From an uncultured Candidatus Saccharibacteria bacterium (GTDB lineage: Bacteria > Patescibacteriota > Minisyncoccia > Phycocordibacterales > JACNGX01), in contig CAZULS010000001.1 of the NCBI GenBank assembly GCA_964621395.1, positions 135,920-199,919 on the forward strand: a DNA stretch of 64,000 nucleotides, written 5' to 3'. The first letter of the stretch is position 1. Each line of letters opens with the position of its first letter. The notes under the pieces were generated by a model. That model saw only the letters and a program-made list of their open reading frames with translations, was not told the DNA's origin and searched no databases. Shown here piece by piece: positions 29,364-39,369 of the stretch. The translations under genes and the position numbers were made by a program.

Positions 29364-29367
29364 CAAA

Positions 29368-29555
29368 ATTACGAATGACAAATAACGCGAATATACGAAT
29401 ACACAATCGTACCGATAGAAGTTCTTATATTCGTATTATCACAATCTATTGTAATGGGAGATCACAAAGAATATATACGTGTCATATGATAAACGTAAGC
29501 CCGAAGCAGAAAGAACACCCATTCGTAGATTCGTATTATATTCGTAATTCGTAAT
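29368..29555 (+). repeat. ~188-bp ACGAAT-ended element, copy 3
   Basis: Same ends and length; central ~70 bp divergent. Confidence 0.8.
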
Positions 29556-29569
29556 ATTAAGAAGAATAC

Positions 29570-30217
29570 ATGTTTCATCATTCCAAACAATTGAAAAAAG
29601 AAAGACGACGGATGAATGTATCGCGTGTTTCCGGTATCTCCATCGTAGAAATGGTTGTATCAATTGCAATGGCAACATTTGCCATTGTTGCTATCGGCTC
29701 GTTTACCATATCGTTTTATCGCACTAATGCCTACGGTATCGAACAATCGTTTGCCATCCATTCTGCCCGTAAAGGTATCGACCTTATGGTGCGTGACATC
29801 CGTGAAGCAACCTATTCTGACGAGGGGAGTTTCCCTGTGGTATCAATCGCACCGTATGCAATGGTTGTGTACAGTGATGTTGATCGTGATGATTCAGTAG
29901 AGCGCATCAGTTTTTCGCTTGAGGGTACAAACCTTATCCGAGGAAAAGCTGAGAGTGCAGGCGATCCGCCGGTATATCCGGGAGAGAACGATGAAGAGTA
30001 TAGCGTTTCCGATTCCGTCCGCAACGAAACGTATGGAACACCGATATTTCAATATTATGATGAATCAGGAAATGAAATTACCGACTACGACGCTGTGACC
30101 GATGTGGTGTTTGTGACCGTGAATGTGTTGGTGAATATTAATCCGAGTCGTTTGCCGCGTGATTTTTCTTTGCGTTCCAGTGCGTCATTGCGAAATACGC
30201 GTGTCGGTACGGAGTAG
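29570..30217 (+). CDS. Minor pilin / pseudopilin (PilW/GspJ-like)
   Basis: SG|ISIVEMVV prepilin motif with E5; alternative start 29612. Confidence 0.8.
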   Translation: MFHHSKQLKKERRRMNVSRVSGISIVEMVVSIAMATFAIVAIGSFTISFYRTNAYGIEQSFAIHSARKGIDLMVRDIREATYSDEGSFPVVSIAPYAMVVYSDVDRDDSVERISFSLEGTNLIRGKAESAGDPPVYPGENDEEYSVSDSVRNETYGTPIFQYYDESGNEITDYDAVTDVVFVTVNVLVNINPSRLPRDFSLRSSASLRNTRVGTE

Positions 30218-30221
30218 CAGA

Positions 30222-30408
30222 ATTACGAATGACGAATAACGCGAATATACGAATACACAATCTACCATTCTTGGCTCACGTATATGTCTGTCGCTATACG
30301 CTGTACCGAAACACCACAAAGAAATATCTTGGCATAAGACGACAGCCACAAGCCCGAAGCAGAAAGAATACCCATTCGTAGATTCGTATCATATTCGTAA
30401 TTCGTAAC
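30222..30408 (+). repeat. ~188-bp ACGAAT-ended element, copy 4
   Basis: Highly similar to copy 1. Confidence 0.85.
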
Positions 30409-30428
30409 TGTAGTATAATAGAAACAAT

Positions 30429-31832
30429 ATGAACGATGTACATTCCTCTCGCGGATATATGATGATTATGGTGCTGGTGTTTGGCGCCGTGTTTATTACA
30501 CTCATGGGTGGTTTGTCGGGGTTTGTGTTGATGCAAAAGAACGTTACTGAGAAAAAAGAGTATGCCGAACAGGCGCTTCAAATTGCCGAAGCGGGACTCG
30601 AATATTACCGATGGTTTCTTTCCCACAACCCGGGTGATACAACAGACGGGACCGGAGAACCCGGTCCCTATGAGCACATCTATGCCGATCCGGAAGGAGG
30701 AGATATTGGAACGTTTTCTCTCAATATCGCAGGGACTGTCTCATGCAGTGAAATTACCTCCATTGATATTTATTCAACGGGATGGGTTGATGCTGATCCT
30801 GATGTGACGCGAACGGTATACGGCAAATATACTCGTCCGTCTGTCGCCGAATATGCGTATGTCTTAAATGATAATGTATGGGCGGGAAGCGACCGACAGA
30901 TTTATGGTCCGTATCATTCCAATCTTGGTATTCGCATGGACGGAACCAATCACTCTATTGTGACATCAGGCGTGGAAGAGTGGCGATGTACGAGCAGCTT
31001 TGGCTGCTCTCCTTCGCGGGATGAGAGCGGAGTATTTGGTGACGGACCCAATACCGAACTATGGGACTTTCCCGCGGAGACGGTTGATTTTGTGGGCATC
31101 TCCGTTGACCTGGTGCATATGAAAGATCGCGCGCAAAACGGAGGCGGTTTGTATTTTCCCAAAGTATCAAATTGGCGAAACCGTGAGGGATACCGCGTGA
31201 TTTTTCGGGAGAGCGGCACCATTGATGTCTATGAGGTGACGAGCACGCGGAGGGTATGGAGTGAGCCGGTCGGACGCGCCACGGAAGATAATTACGAAAG
31301 AATTCATTCGCAGCACTATGTGGGGAATTATGACATACCGGAGGAGTGCAGTTTACTGTTTTTCGAAGATAATCTGTGGGTGGAAGGAGAGGTGGAAGGA
31401 AGAGTAACGCTTGTATCCGCCAACGTGACTGATCCGGGAACCGATACCAACGTGTACCTCATTGATGATATTACCTATGCAGATACCCAGAGCGGGTTGA
31501 CGCTTCTCGGTGAGCACTCGGTCTTGATTGCGTACGATGTGCCGTATAATCTTGAACTTCGCGGTATTTTCATCGCACAAATGGGATCGTTCGGGCGGAA
31601 TTATTACAATCCATGGTGGTTGTCGCTCTCTAAGCGAGGAGTGCTTGAAATGACCGGCAGCATCGTATCCAACGGACGCGTGGGAACAAAGTGGACGTCT
31701 TGGGGATCCCATGTATCGGGCTTTGCACAGCGATATAACTCCTATGATCGACAGCTTGCGGGGGATCCGCCACCGTTTACGCCGTATATGGACGATGAGT
31801 ATCGTTTTGTCGAGTGGCGACAGGAGGAATAA
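30429..31832 (+). CDS. PilX-like minor pilin
   Basis: RG|YMMIMVLVF lacking E5; ALQIAEAGLE PilX N-terminal motif. Confidence 0.8.
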   Translation: MNDVHSSRGYMMIMVLVFGAVFITLMGGLSGFVLMQKNVTEKKEYAEQALQIAEAGLEYYRWFLSHNPGDTTDGTGEPGPYEHIYADPEGGDIGTFSLNIAGTVSCSEITSIDIYSTGWVDADPDVTRTVYGKYTRPSVAEYAYVLNDNVWAGSDRQIYGPYHSNLGIRMDGTNHSIVTSGVEEWRCTSSFGCSPSRDESGVFGDGPNTELWDFPAETVDFVGISVDLVHMKDRAQNGGGLYFPKVSNWRNREGYRVIFRESGTIDVYEVTSTRRVWSEPVGRATEDNYERIHSQHYVGNYDIPEECSLLFFEDNLWVEGEVEGRVTLVSANVTDPGTDTNVYLIDDITYADTQSGLTLLGEHSVLIAYDVPYNLELRGIFIAQMGSFGRNYYNPWWLSLSKRGVLEMTGSIVSNGRVGTKWTSWGSHVSGFAQRYNSYDRQLAGDPPPFTPYMDDEYRFVEWRQEE

Positions 31833-31920
31833 TGGTTGCTGGTCCTAGTTGGCGCGGCTTTCGCCGCGCCTTTTCCAATGTCCCCTGGTATTCCGCTTAT
31901 GTATGGGGGATAATATATGT

Positions 31921-32997
31921 ATGATGTCTACCCCACACATGGTGCGTCGCATTATATACGGTGCTTTTGTACTAATCATCGGATGTGTATTCTTGGTTCC
32001 GATTGCATACGCAAACCCTCATCAAAATATAGATGATGGAGGAACAGGTTCAGGTACCAACGGCTACGTCCTCCTCGAACCCAGTATTCTCGTTCAAGGA
32101 GGAGGCAAATCCGCAAGTCCCGCCGACTATCTCGAAAACATCTTCTACTTTATGATCGGCACAGCCGGTGTCTTGGCAGTCCTTGTATTTGCCATTGGCG
32201 GTATTCAGTTTATGGTCTCAGGTGCCACTCCTTCTGCAAAGAAGGAAGGACAAGAAAAAATGACTGCCGCCATCTTCGGACTCATCCTCGCTCTCGGCAC
32301 CTGGCTTATTTTAAACACTATCAATCCGGATTTGGTGAAGAAGTTTGACTTGAAGCTTGATACGGTGACGGTGACGGGGAGTGGGGGAACGGGAAGCGGA
32401 ACGAGCACTCCGGGGAACCTTCCCTCAAATCTTCCCATAGGATGTTCGAATTATAAGAATGCTTTTATCAATGCGGCAAACACTGCAAAAATTGACGCGT
32501 GTCTTCTCTATGCGGTTGCATCACAGGAGTCGGGCTGTAATCCCGGTTTGGTAAGTAAGGCGGGTGCATGTGGCATTATGCAAATGCTTCCCTCAACAGC
32601 AAATGCCTCATGCAACTGGCTCAAGACAAATCCCGAAGCAAGTATTCTCAGGGCGGCTTTTTATCTGAAAAGCAATGCAAACGGATTGCATGCATATGAC
32701 AGTATGTTTGATATCGGTAATGCATATGGTCAATCAGGAAAAACAGTGCAAGTTGGTGGCTTTATATATGATACGGGGAACGATGATCTCATTGCATCGT
32801 ACAATGCCGGAAATGGTACGGTATCAACAAATGGTCGAGGACCATTTTCCCTCTCCCAAGATTGTCCAAAATCAACATATGGGACGAACATCCCCGCATG
32901 GCAATGTCATATCAATCCGGGAGGATTTGATGAAACACAAAATTATGTTCGTCGCGTGCAGTCATATCAGGATATGTGTAATCTGAAAGGGTTGTAA
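31921..32997 (+). CDS. VirB2/TrbC-like pilin domain fused to a lytic transglycosylase (SLT/GH23)
   Basis: Signal peptide, 2-TM pilin-like hairpin ending ILNTINPDL; QESG, GACGIMQ, ASYNAG, ETQNYV. Confidence 0.82.
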   Translation: MMSTPHMVRRIIYGAFVLIIGCVFLVPIAYANPHQNIDDGGTGSGTNGYVLLEPSILVQGGGKSASPADYLENIFYFMIGTAGVLAVLVFAIGGIQFMVSGATPSAKKEGQEKMTAAIFGLILALGTWLILNTINPDLVKKFDLKLDTVTVTGSGGTGSGTSTPGNLPSNLPIGCSNYKNAFINAANTAKIDACLLYAVASQESGCNPGLVSKAGACGIMQMLPSTANASCNWLKTNPEASILRAAFYLKSNANGLHAYDSMFDIGNAYGQSGKTVQVGGFIYDTGNDDLIASYNAGNGTVSTNGRGPFSLSQDCPKSTYGTNIPAWQCHINPGGFDETQNYVRRVQSYQDMCNLKGL

Positions 32998-33018
32998 GTG
33001 TGATATAATTGAGAGAAG

Positions 33019-34053
33019 ATGATTCAGAGAATGCAACGTAATATGTGGGACGTGGGTATTCTTTTGGCAATCGTGTCGTGCGCGGTTGTTGTTTTTGGGG
33101 AGCCCACACTCGCGTATAGTCCTGAAGGAACCGGCTACGCCCTCCTCGAACCCAGTATTCTCGTTCAAGGAGGAGGCAAATCCGCAAGTCCCGCCGACTA
33201 TCTCGAAAACATCTTCTACTTTATGATCGGCACAGCCGGTGTCTTGGCAGTCCTTGTATTTGCCATTGGCGGTATTCAGTTTATGGTCTCAGGTGCCACT
33301 CCTTCTGCAAAGAAGGAAGGACAAGAAAAAATGACTGCCGCCATCTTCGGACTCATCCTCGCTCTCGGCACCTGGCTTATTTTAAACACTATCAATCCGG
33401 ATTTGGTGAAGAAGTTTGACTTGAAGCTTGATACGGTGACGGTGACGGGGAGTGGGGGAACGGGAAGTACATATGATGGGAAGTTGAATGAAATTACCAT
33501 AACAAGAGAAGATGGAACAACCTACACGTTTAGGGGAATACAAGACGCATATCAAAGCTCACCTGGATTGCAGCTCGTGGGGGAGGATGGAAAGTATCTT
33601 CCCGAGAAAATAACAAAGGAAGAGGCAATGCGATATACGCTTATGAAAGATAGTGATATTGTGATTACGAGTACAACAGGAAGTTCAAAGCCATGTACCT
33701 ATCCCGGACAAACGGGATGTACGGATCTCTATGGCATGAAAGCCGCGACAATAGAAGAAATAAAATATATTGATGAAAAAACAAAGGGTCAAGTTTTGGT
33801 GACGGGCGGCACGGAACATGGGCCACATGCTATCGGAGCGTATAGTCATGGAAGTGGACATAAGGTGGACATTGATGATACATCGAATGTGACTGATTAT
33901 GTGGAGAATAATTTTATTCGAAGAAAAGATTTAGATAGAGAAGGAACACATGCTTCTCGCGCATACGAAAATCCTGACACGGAAGCCATCTGGCATCATG
34001 AGTATAAGAAGAAAACGCATTTTGATGTAGTGGTGTATCCCGAGAGACCTTAA
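33019..34053 (+). CDS. VirB2/TrbC-like pilin domain fused to a putative M15-like Zn peptidase
   Basis: Identical pilin block; SHGSGHKVD (H-x6-D) and distal THFDV. Confidence 0.72.
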   Translation: MIQRMQRNMWDVGILLAIVSCAVVVFGEPTLAYSPEGTGYALLEPSILVQGGGKSASPADYLENIFYFMIGTAGVLAVLVFAIGGIQFMVSGATPSAKKEGQEKMTAAIFGLILALGTWLILNTINPDLVKKFDLKLDTVTVTGSGGTGSTYDGKLNEITITREDGTTYTFRGIQDAYQSSPGLQLVGEDGKYLPEKITKEEAMRYTLMKDSDIVITSTTGSSKPCTYPGQTGCTDLYGMKAATIEEIKYIDEKTKGQVLVTGGTEHGPHAIGAYSHGSGHKVDIDDTSNVTDYVENNFIRRKDLDREGTHASRAYENPDTEAIWHHEYKKKTHFDVVVYPERP

Positions 34054-34054
34054 A

Positions 34055-34101
34055 AAGCACATAAACACGCGGCGCCGAAGGCGCCGCGTGTTTATGTGCT
34101 T
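34055..34101. terminator. Strong hairpin / terminator
   Basis: AAGCACATAAACACGCGGCGCC-GAA-GGCGCCGCGTGTTTATGTGCTT. Confidence 0.7.
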
Positions 34102-34118
34102 CATGCTATAATACCCCT

Positions 34119-34901
34119 ATGAAAAAGAAAGCAGAAAAAAACCGTACGCTCATTGTTGCCAATTGGAAAATGAATCCGGCAACGCTTGCCGATGCGAAAA
34201 AGCTCGCCATGAAGTCACAGTCTCTTGGAAAAGGCCTCAAAAAGACCGTACTCATCGTGTGTCCGCCGTTTCCTTTCTTGGGTGACGTTGCAGCACCGAG
34301 CGCAAAAGGATATGCGTATGGCTCACAGGATATTTCGAGTGAGTCACTCGGATCACATACGGGAGATGTTGCCGCAATCCAAGTGGCATCACTCAAAGCT
34401 TTATATACAATCGTGGGTCATTCCGAGCGTCGCGAAATGGGAGAAAGCGATGAGGATGTAGCGGCAAAGGTGCGCGCGGCCCTTTCGGCAAAACTCACTC
34501 CGATTGTATGTGTTGGTGAAAAAGAGCGCGATGATGAAGCGAAATATCTTCTCACATTACGCGAGCAGATTCACAATTCCCTTGAAGGAGTATCGTCGCG
34601 TGATTTCGGTAACATTATCATTGCCTACGAACCAATATGGGCCGTCGGTGGATCAATTGCCGATACTCCCGATGATACAGCCGAGACAATTCTCTTTATA
34701 AAGAGAACACTCATGGAGCTTACGAGTGAGAAGACAGCTCTGTCTATTCCGATTTTGTACGGCGGTTCGGTTGATGATAAAAACGCAGCAGGATTTCTTG
34801 CCAAAGAAGAGATTGACGGACTGCTTGTCGGACGCGCAAGCAGGGATCCTAAAAAGCTCGCTGCGATTATCGACGCTTCAGAAAGAAGGGATGTTGCGTA
34901 A
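34119..34901 (+). CDS. tpiA: Triosephosphate isomerase
   Basis: ANWKMN, GHSERR, AYEPIWAVG, LYGGSV. Confidence 0.95.
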   Translation: MKKKAEKNRTLIVANWKMNPATLADAKKLAMKSQSLGKGLKKTVLIVCPPFPFLGDVAAPSAKGYAYGSQDISSESLGSHTGDVAAIQVASLKALYTIVGHSERREMGESDEDVAAKVRAALSAKLTPIVCVGEKERDDEAKYLLTLREQIHNSLEGVSSRDFGNIIIAYEPIWAVGGSIADTPDDTAETILFIKRTLMELTSEKTALSIPILYGGSVDDKNAAGFLAKEEIDGLLVGRASRDPKKLAAIIDASERRDVA

Positions 34902-34982
34902 TCTATTTTGTTGTCATCCCGCACTTGATGCGGGATCTTCCCGAATTACCTTTAGAAACAAGACAGCGAAGATTCCGGGTCA

Positions 34983-35084
34983 CCAGAGCCCCACTTTCAC
35001 CAATGCTGTATATGATAAAACATCTTCCACCCTTTCTTCTATCGTCTACGACCTCTTCATGTACTCAGTGAAAGTGAAGCTCGG
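34983..35084. repeat. ~103-bp bracket element nested in a REP-like palindrome
   Basis: GAGCCCCACTTTCAC..GTGAAAGTGAAGCTC; homologous to 49842-49943. Confidence 0.7.
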
Positions 35085-35111
35085 CAGGAGCCCGGAATGA
35101 CATATACATTT

Positions 35112-36257
35112 ATGAAATCATCACTCCCACAACTGAGTACTTTGAATGCAAATATGCTTCGCGGGAAGTATGTGCTTGTTCGTGCTGGGGTGAATGTGCC
35201 GCTTGTGAATGGAAAAGTGGCGGATGGTTTTCGTATTAAAAAAGCACTCCAAACGATTCACTTTCTCAAAAAGGCGGGGGCTCGTGTCATTGTGATTGCT
35301 CATATCGGACGTGACCCTAAGGAATCGCTTCTTCCTGTTGTACGCTACATGAACACCAAGACACGCATCGGATTTGCTTCGGATGTCTTTGGCCCGGCCA
35401 CTGAAAAGATGATTGCCAATATGAAAAACGGCACTGCCCTTCTTCTGGAAAACCTTCGTCAGCATGAGGAAGAAAAAGGGAATAACGTTGCCTTTGCAAA
35501 GCGTTTGGCGTCGTATGCGGATCTATATGTGAATGATGCCTTCTCTGTCTCTCACCGCGGACATGCTTCTATTGTCTCCATACCGAAATATCTTCCTTCG
35601 TATATCGGATTGTCATTCGAGGAGGAACACGGAGAACTTATGCGTATGCGTGAGCCAAAAGAGCCATTCGTGCTTGTGTTGGGCGGGGCGAAAATAAAAA
35701 CAAAGATGCCACTCTTGTCTCTCTATGCGAAAAAAGGAGACACGGTGTGTGTCGGCGGTGCAATTGCTAACACCTTGCTCAAAGCGCGAGGATATGAAAT
35801 CGGAAAGTCTGTTGCCGATGATACGAAAGAGCTTTCAGCTTTGGCGAAGAAAAAGAATATTCTCTTGCCGGTTGATGTTGTGGTGGAAACGGCAAAAAAA
35901 GAGCGCATCGTGCGGGATGTGGGTGATATACGGAAAACGGATACCATTTTTGATATTGGTCCGGAGACGGTACGCACGTGGGAAGAAGTGTTGTCACATG
36001 CGAAATCAATTGTGGCAAATGGTCCTTTGGGGTGGTATGAAAAAGGGTATACGAAGGGAACGAAAGATATATTGAAGGTTATTGCACAAGGCAGTGCGCG
36101 GAGTGTGGTTGGTGGTGGCGATACGGTGGCGCTCGTACGAAGTGCAAAGATGGCTCAAGACATCACATTTCTCTCAACCGCCGGCGGCGCCATGCTTGAT
36201 TTCCTTGCTGATGGGAGTCTGCCCGGGATTAAGGCGATAATAGAAGTTAGGAATTAG
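35112..36257 (+). CDS. pgk: Phosphoglycerate kinase
   Basis: HIGR, LLENLR, YVNDAF..SHR.HAS, GGAK, GGGDT, STAGGA. Confidence 0.95.
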   Translation: MKSSLPQLSTLNANMLRGKYVLVRAGVNVPLVNGKVADGFRIKKALQTIHFLKKAGARVIVIAHIGRDPKESLLPVVRYMNTKTRIGFASDVFGPATEKMIANMKNGTALLLENLRQHEEEKGNNVAFAKRLASYADLYVNDAFSVSHRGHASIVSIPKYLPSYIGLSFEEEHGELMRMREPKEPFVLVLGGAKIKTKMPLLSLYAKKGDTVCVGGAIANTLLKARGYEIGKSVADDTKELSALAKKKNILLPVDVVVETAKKERIVRDVGDIRKTDTIFDIGPETVRTWEEVLSHAKSIVANGPLGWYEKGYTKGTKDILKVIAQGSARSVVGGGDTVALVRSAKMAQDITFLSTAGGAMLDFLADGSLPGIKAIIEVRN

Positions 36258-36323
36258 AAAATAGGATACAAAGTCGGCGCTCCGCGCCGACTTTGTGTAT
36301 AAAAAAGGCCCCGCGTAACGGGG

Positions 36324-36476
36324 CTATTGAAGAAAGTATCCTACACTAATAGCGAGTATCGTTAATGCACTCATGACGAGCGTGAATACTTTTGTTGTCA
36401 TCCGCTTACGTTCCTGGGAAGAAAAGTGTGGCAAGAAATCCCAGAGTTCTTTCCGGTAATTATGATAATGAGACAT
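36324..36476 (-). CDS. Putative 50-aa C-terminally anchored membrane peptide
   Basis: MSHYHNYRKELWDF...VFTLVMSALTILAISVGYFLQ; TTGACT promoter near 36550; terminator 36301-36324. Confidence 0.55.
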   Translation of the reverse strand: MSHYHNYRKELWDFLPHFSSQERKRMTTKVFTLVMSALTILAISVGYFLQ

Positions 36477-36706
36477 CGGAAAAATATTTTAGGTGTTGAG
36501 AAAAGGACGAGTATTGTTTTTAATCATATCCTTATGAAAAGAAAAGTCAAAATGGGGATAAATAGAAACGATAAACTTTGAACGACCATAAAGCACAACA
36601 AGTTGTGTTCGGGCACAGTAAACGATAAATAAAAATACAAAAGCGCGGCTTCGCCGCGCTTTTGCTATGAAAAATTAATTATATAATTAATTACATAATT
36701 AACCTT

Positions 36707-37108
36707 TTACACAATCGCCCGCAACTTCTCTCCCATCTCTTTGAGATCTTCGGGAGTCGCTTTCTTGCCATGCCACAGCCTATGTCCGTCGTCTGAAAAG
36801 CGCGGAATGATGTGAACGTGCAAGTGAAACACCACTTGCCCGGCTGCTTCTTCATTATTGATGGCAATATTGACACCATCGGCACCGGTCACTTTCTGTA
36901 TCTTCGGTGCAAGAGTATGTACCGTTTTCATGACATGTGAGAATGTATCGGCATCGATATCGAAGATATTGGTTGCATGTATTTTCGGAATCACCAATGT
37001 GTGCCCAGAATTAACGGGAGCAATATCCAAAAATGCGAGCGTATGCTCGTCTTCATATATTTTTTCCGCCGGAATATCCCCGGCGACGATGGAGCAGAAA
37101 AGACACAT
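36707..37108 (-). CDS. HIT-family nucleotide hydrolase
   Basis: CLFC, GHTLVIPK, AGQVVFHLHVHIIPR. Confidence 0.93.
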   Translation of the reverse strand: MCLFCSIVAGDIPAEKIYEDEHTLAFLDIAPVNSGHTLVIPKIHATNIFDIDADTFSHVMKTVHTLAPKIQKVTGADGVNIAINNEEAAGQVVFHLHVHIIPRFSDDGHRLWHGKKATPEDLKEMGEKLRAIV

Positions 37109-37298
37109 GGGAATAGAATTAAGAATGAAGAGTTACGAATTAAGAATATATACAGTGTAGGGGAAAAACGGGGGTGGTGCAATATATCAGGAGATTAAAA
37201 GTTAGGAAATTAAAAGTTAAACAAAATTATTTTCCACTTTCTGTATCCTAAAAGCTCAAAGCTATAAGCTATAAGCTCGGCATGCTATACTTCTCCCT

Positions 37299-39035
37299 AT
37301 GCCTCAAAAGACTTATCGTATGGCTGATGTGCCCGGTAATGATGCGCGGGAAGCGCTCAGCGCATATTCGCCTCTTGTGCAGACACTTCTTGTGCGTCGC
37401 GGTATTTTCACCGCTGAAGATGCTGAGCACTTTCTTTTTCCCGATTGGGAACGCGACACATCCGACCCATTCCTCCTCACTGATATGGAAAAAGCGGTTG
37501 CGCGTACTTTCGCTGCAATGGATGCTGGTGAGCACATTGTGATTTACGGCGACTATGATGCCGATGGCATTCCGGCAAGTGTTATCCTTCACGATCTCTT
37601 CGTGAAAATACAGTATCCGCATTTCTCCAATTACATGCCTCATCGACACAATGAAGGGTTTGGACTTAATACCGAGGCGATTGAAGAGTTTGGAAGTCGC
37701 CAAGTGAAACTCATCATCACCGTTGATTGCGGTATTACCGACAATGCACACATCGCCCGCGCCAAAGAGCTCGGCATGGATGTGATTGTTACCGATCATC
37801 ACCTTCCTGGAGAAACACTTCCCGATGCGTGTGCTGTGATTGACCCCAAGAGAGAAGACGACATGTATCCCGATGACATGCTGTGCGGTGCCGGTCTTGC
37901 TTTCAAGCTTGCCCACGCACTTCTCATGCGCGGACGAGAGAGTGGTCGCTTTGATGTCCCGGAGGAATGGGAAAAGTGGCTTCTTGATATGGCGGGTGTG
38001 GCAACGATTGCCGATATGGTACCGCTTGTGAAAGAAAATCGCGCCCTTGCACACTTTGGATTGAAGGTGATTCGGAAGGGTGTGCGCCCGGGTATTCGTG
38101 CGCTGTGTAAGGTCGCGAAGTGTGCGTATGAAACGATAGATGAGGGAGATGTGGGTTTTACCATCGGTCCGCGTATTAATGCCGCAAGCAGAATGGATCA
38201 TCCCGATGTGGCATTTCGGCTTCTTTCCGCTATCAATCGCAGCGACGCGGAAGAAGCAGCTGCGTATCTGGAGAGTTTAAATAATGAACGAAAGACACTT
38301 GTCGCCGTAATGATGCGACAGGCACATAAAAAAATTGATGCCGAGGCACTTCCTAATGTGATTGTGCTCGGGGATCCTTCGTGGCGTGTGGGTGTGCTCG
38401 GCATTGCTGCCAATAAACTCATGGAAGAATATGGCCGACCGGTTTTTCTTTGGGGGCGTGAAGGCGCGGAAAAGATTCGCGGCTCGGCGCGCTCCGACGG
38501 CAGCGTGGATGTCACGGAGCTCATGCGCGCACTTCCCGAAGGAGTATTACCGGAAGCAGGCGGACATGCCGAGGCGGGCGGATTTGAAGTGTCATTTGAT
38601 GCGGTGCACACCTTGGGTGAAGAGCTCAATAAAGCATACGGAGAGGTGCGCCGCGATATCCTCGAAGAGGAAGCGGTGATTGATGCCGTGCTTTCCTTAG
38701 ACGACGTCAATGAGCGAACGTTTCATGATATGAATCAGCTCGCACCCTTTGGCATGGGAAATCCCAAGCCCCTCTTTTGGTTTCGTGACGTGACGATTTC
38801 TGACGTGTCCGTCTTTGGCAAAGGCAAAGAGCATCTCAAGCTGACGTTTCACAATGCGCGCGGTGGTGCAATAGAGGCGATTGCCTTTTTCACGCTCCCC
38901 GATGCGTATGGAGAAGAGCTTACTGCCGGCATGACCATCAACATGATTGCCACAATGGAACAATCATTCTTCCGCAGTCGTCCCGAACTCCGCTTGCGGA
39001 TAGAGGATGTAAAAATACAAGAGACAAATGCCTAA
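37299..39035 (+). CDS. recJ: ssDNA exonuclease RecJ
   Basis: YGDYDADG, TVDCG, TDHH, GPRINAASR, GSARS, GGH, PFGMGNP. Confidence 0.96.
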   Translation: MPQKTYRMADVPGNDAREALSAYSPLVQTLLVRRGIFTAEDAEHFLFPDWERDTSDPFLLTDMEKAVARTFAAMDAGEHIVIYGDYDADGIPASVILHDLFVKIQYPHFSNYMPHRHNEGFGLNTEAIEEFGSRQVKLIITVDCGITDNAHIARAKELGMDVIVTDHHLPGETLPDACAVIDPKREDDMYPDDMLCGAGLAFKLAHALLMRGRESGRFDVPEEWEKWLLDMAGVATIADMVPLVKENRALAHFGLKVIRKGVRPGIRALCKVAKCAYETIDEGDVGFTIGPRINAASRMDHPDVAFRLLSAINRSDAEEAAAYLESLNNERKTLVAVMMRQAHKKIDAEALPNVIVLGDPSWRVGVLGIAANKLMEEYGRPVFLWGREGAEKIRGSARSDGSVDVTELMRALPEGVLPEAGGHAEAGGFEVSFDAVHTLGEELNKAYGEVRRDILEEEAVIDAVLSLDDVNERTFHDMNQLAPFGMGNPKPLFWFRDVTISDVSVFGKGKEHLKLTFHNARGGAIEAIAFFTLPDAYGEELTAGMTINMIATMEQSFFRSRPELRLRIEDVKIQETNA

Positions 39036-39106
39036 AGCACGACGAATCGTGCTCGGCCACGGAAAAATAACAAACAAAAGATGAAAAGAGATTACTTTCC
39101 ACTGTC

Positions 39107-39210
39107 ACCAAGCACCAAACTTATGACTGAGTTGTGGCGGAGAATGTTGAGAAATAAAATTACTGAGAATGACATAATGATTTCCTAAACACACAGGTTT
39201 GGTGCTCGGT
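39107..39210. repeat. ~103-bp inverted-repeat bracket element
   Basis: ACCAAGCACCAAAC..GTTTGGTGCTCGGT, 104 bp. Confidence 0.65.
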
Positions 39211-39369
39211 CTCGCTGGAGTTGGCGGAGAAGTATGCAGAGATTGAGACATTAAAAGACGATAAAAACAACAAAACCGCTCCCTTACGGGAGCGGTTTTG
39301 TTTGACATTGATGCGGTGGTGGGGTAGATTTGGGGGAGTTATGTTCTCGATAATCAAAAGGATAGTCCC

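Noticed and set aside
25847-30408. CRISPR array or integron attC array
   Set aside because: Repeats are ~188 bp and separated by whole genes; there are no attC core sites and no cas or intI gene in the window.
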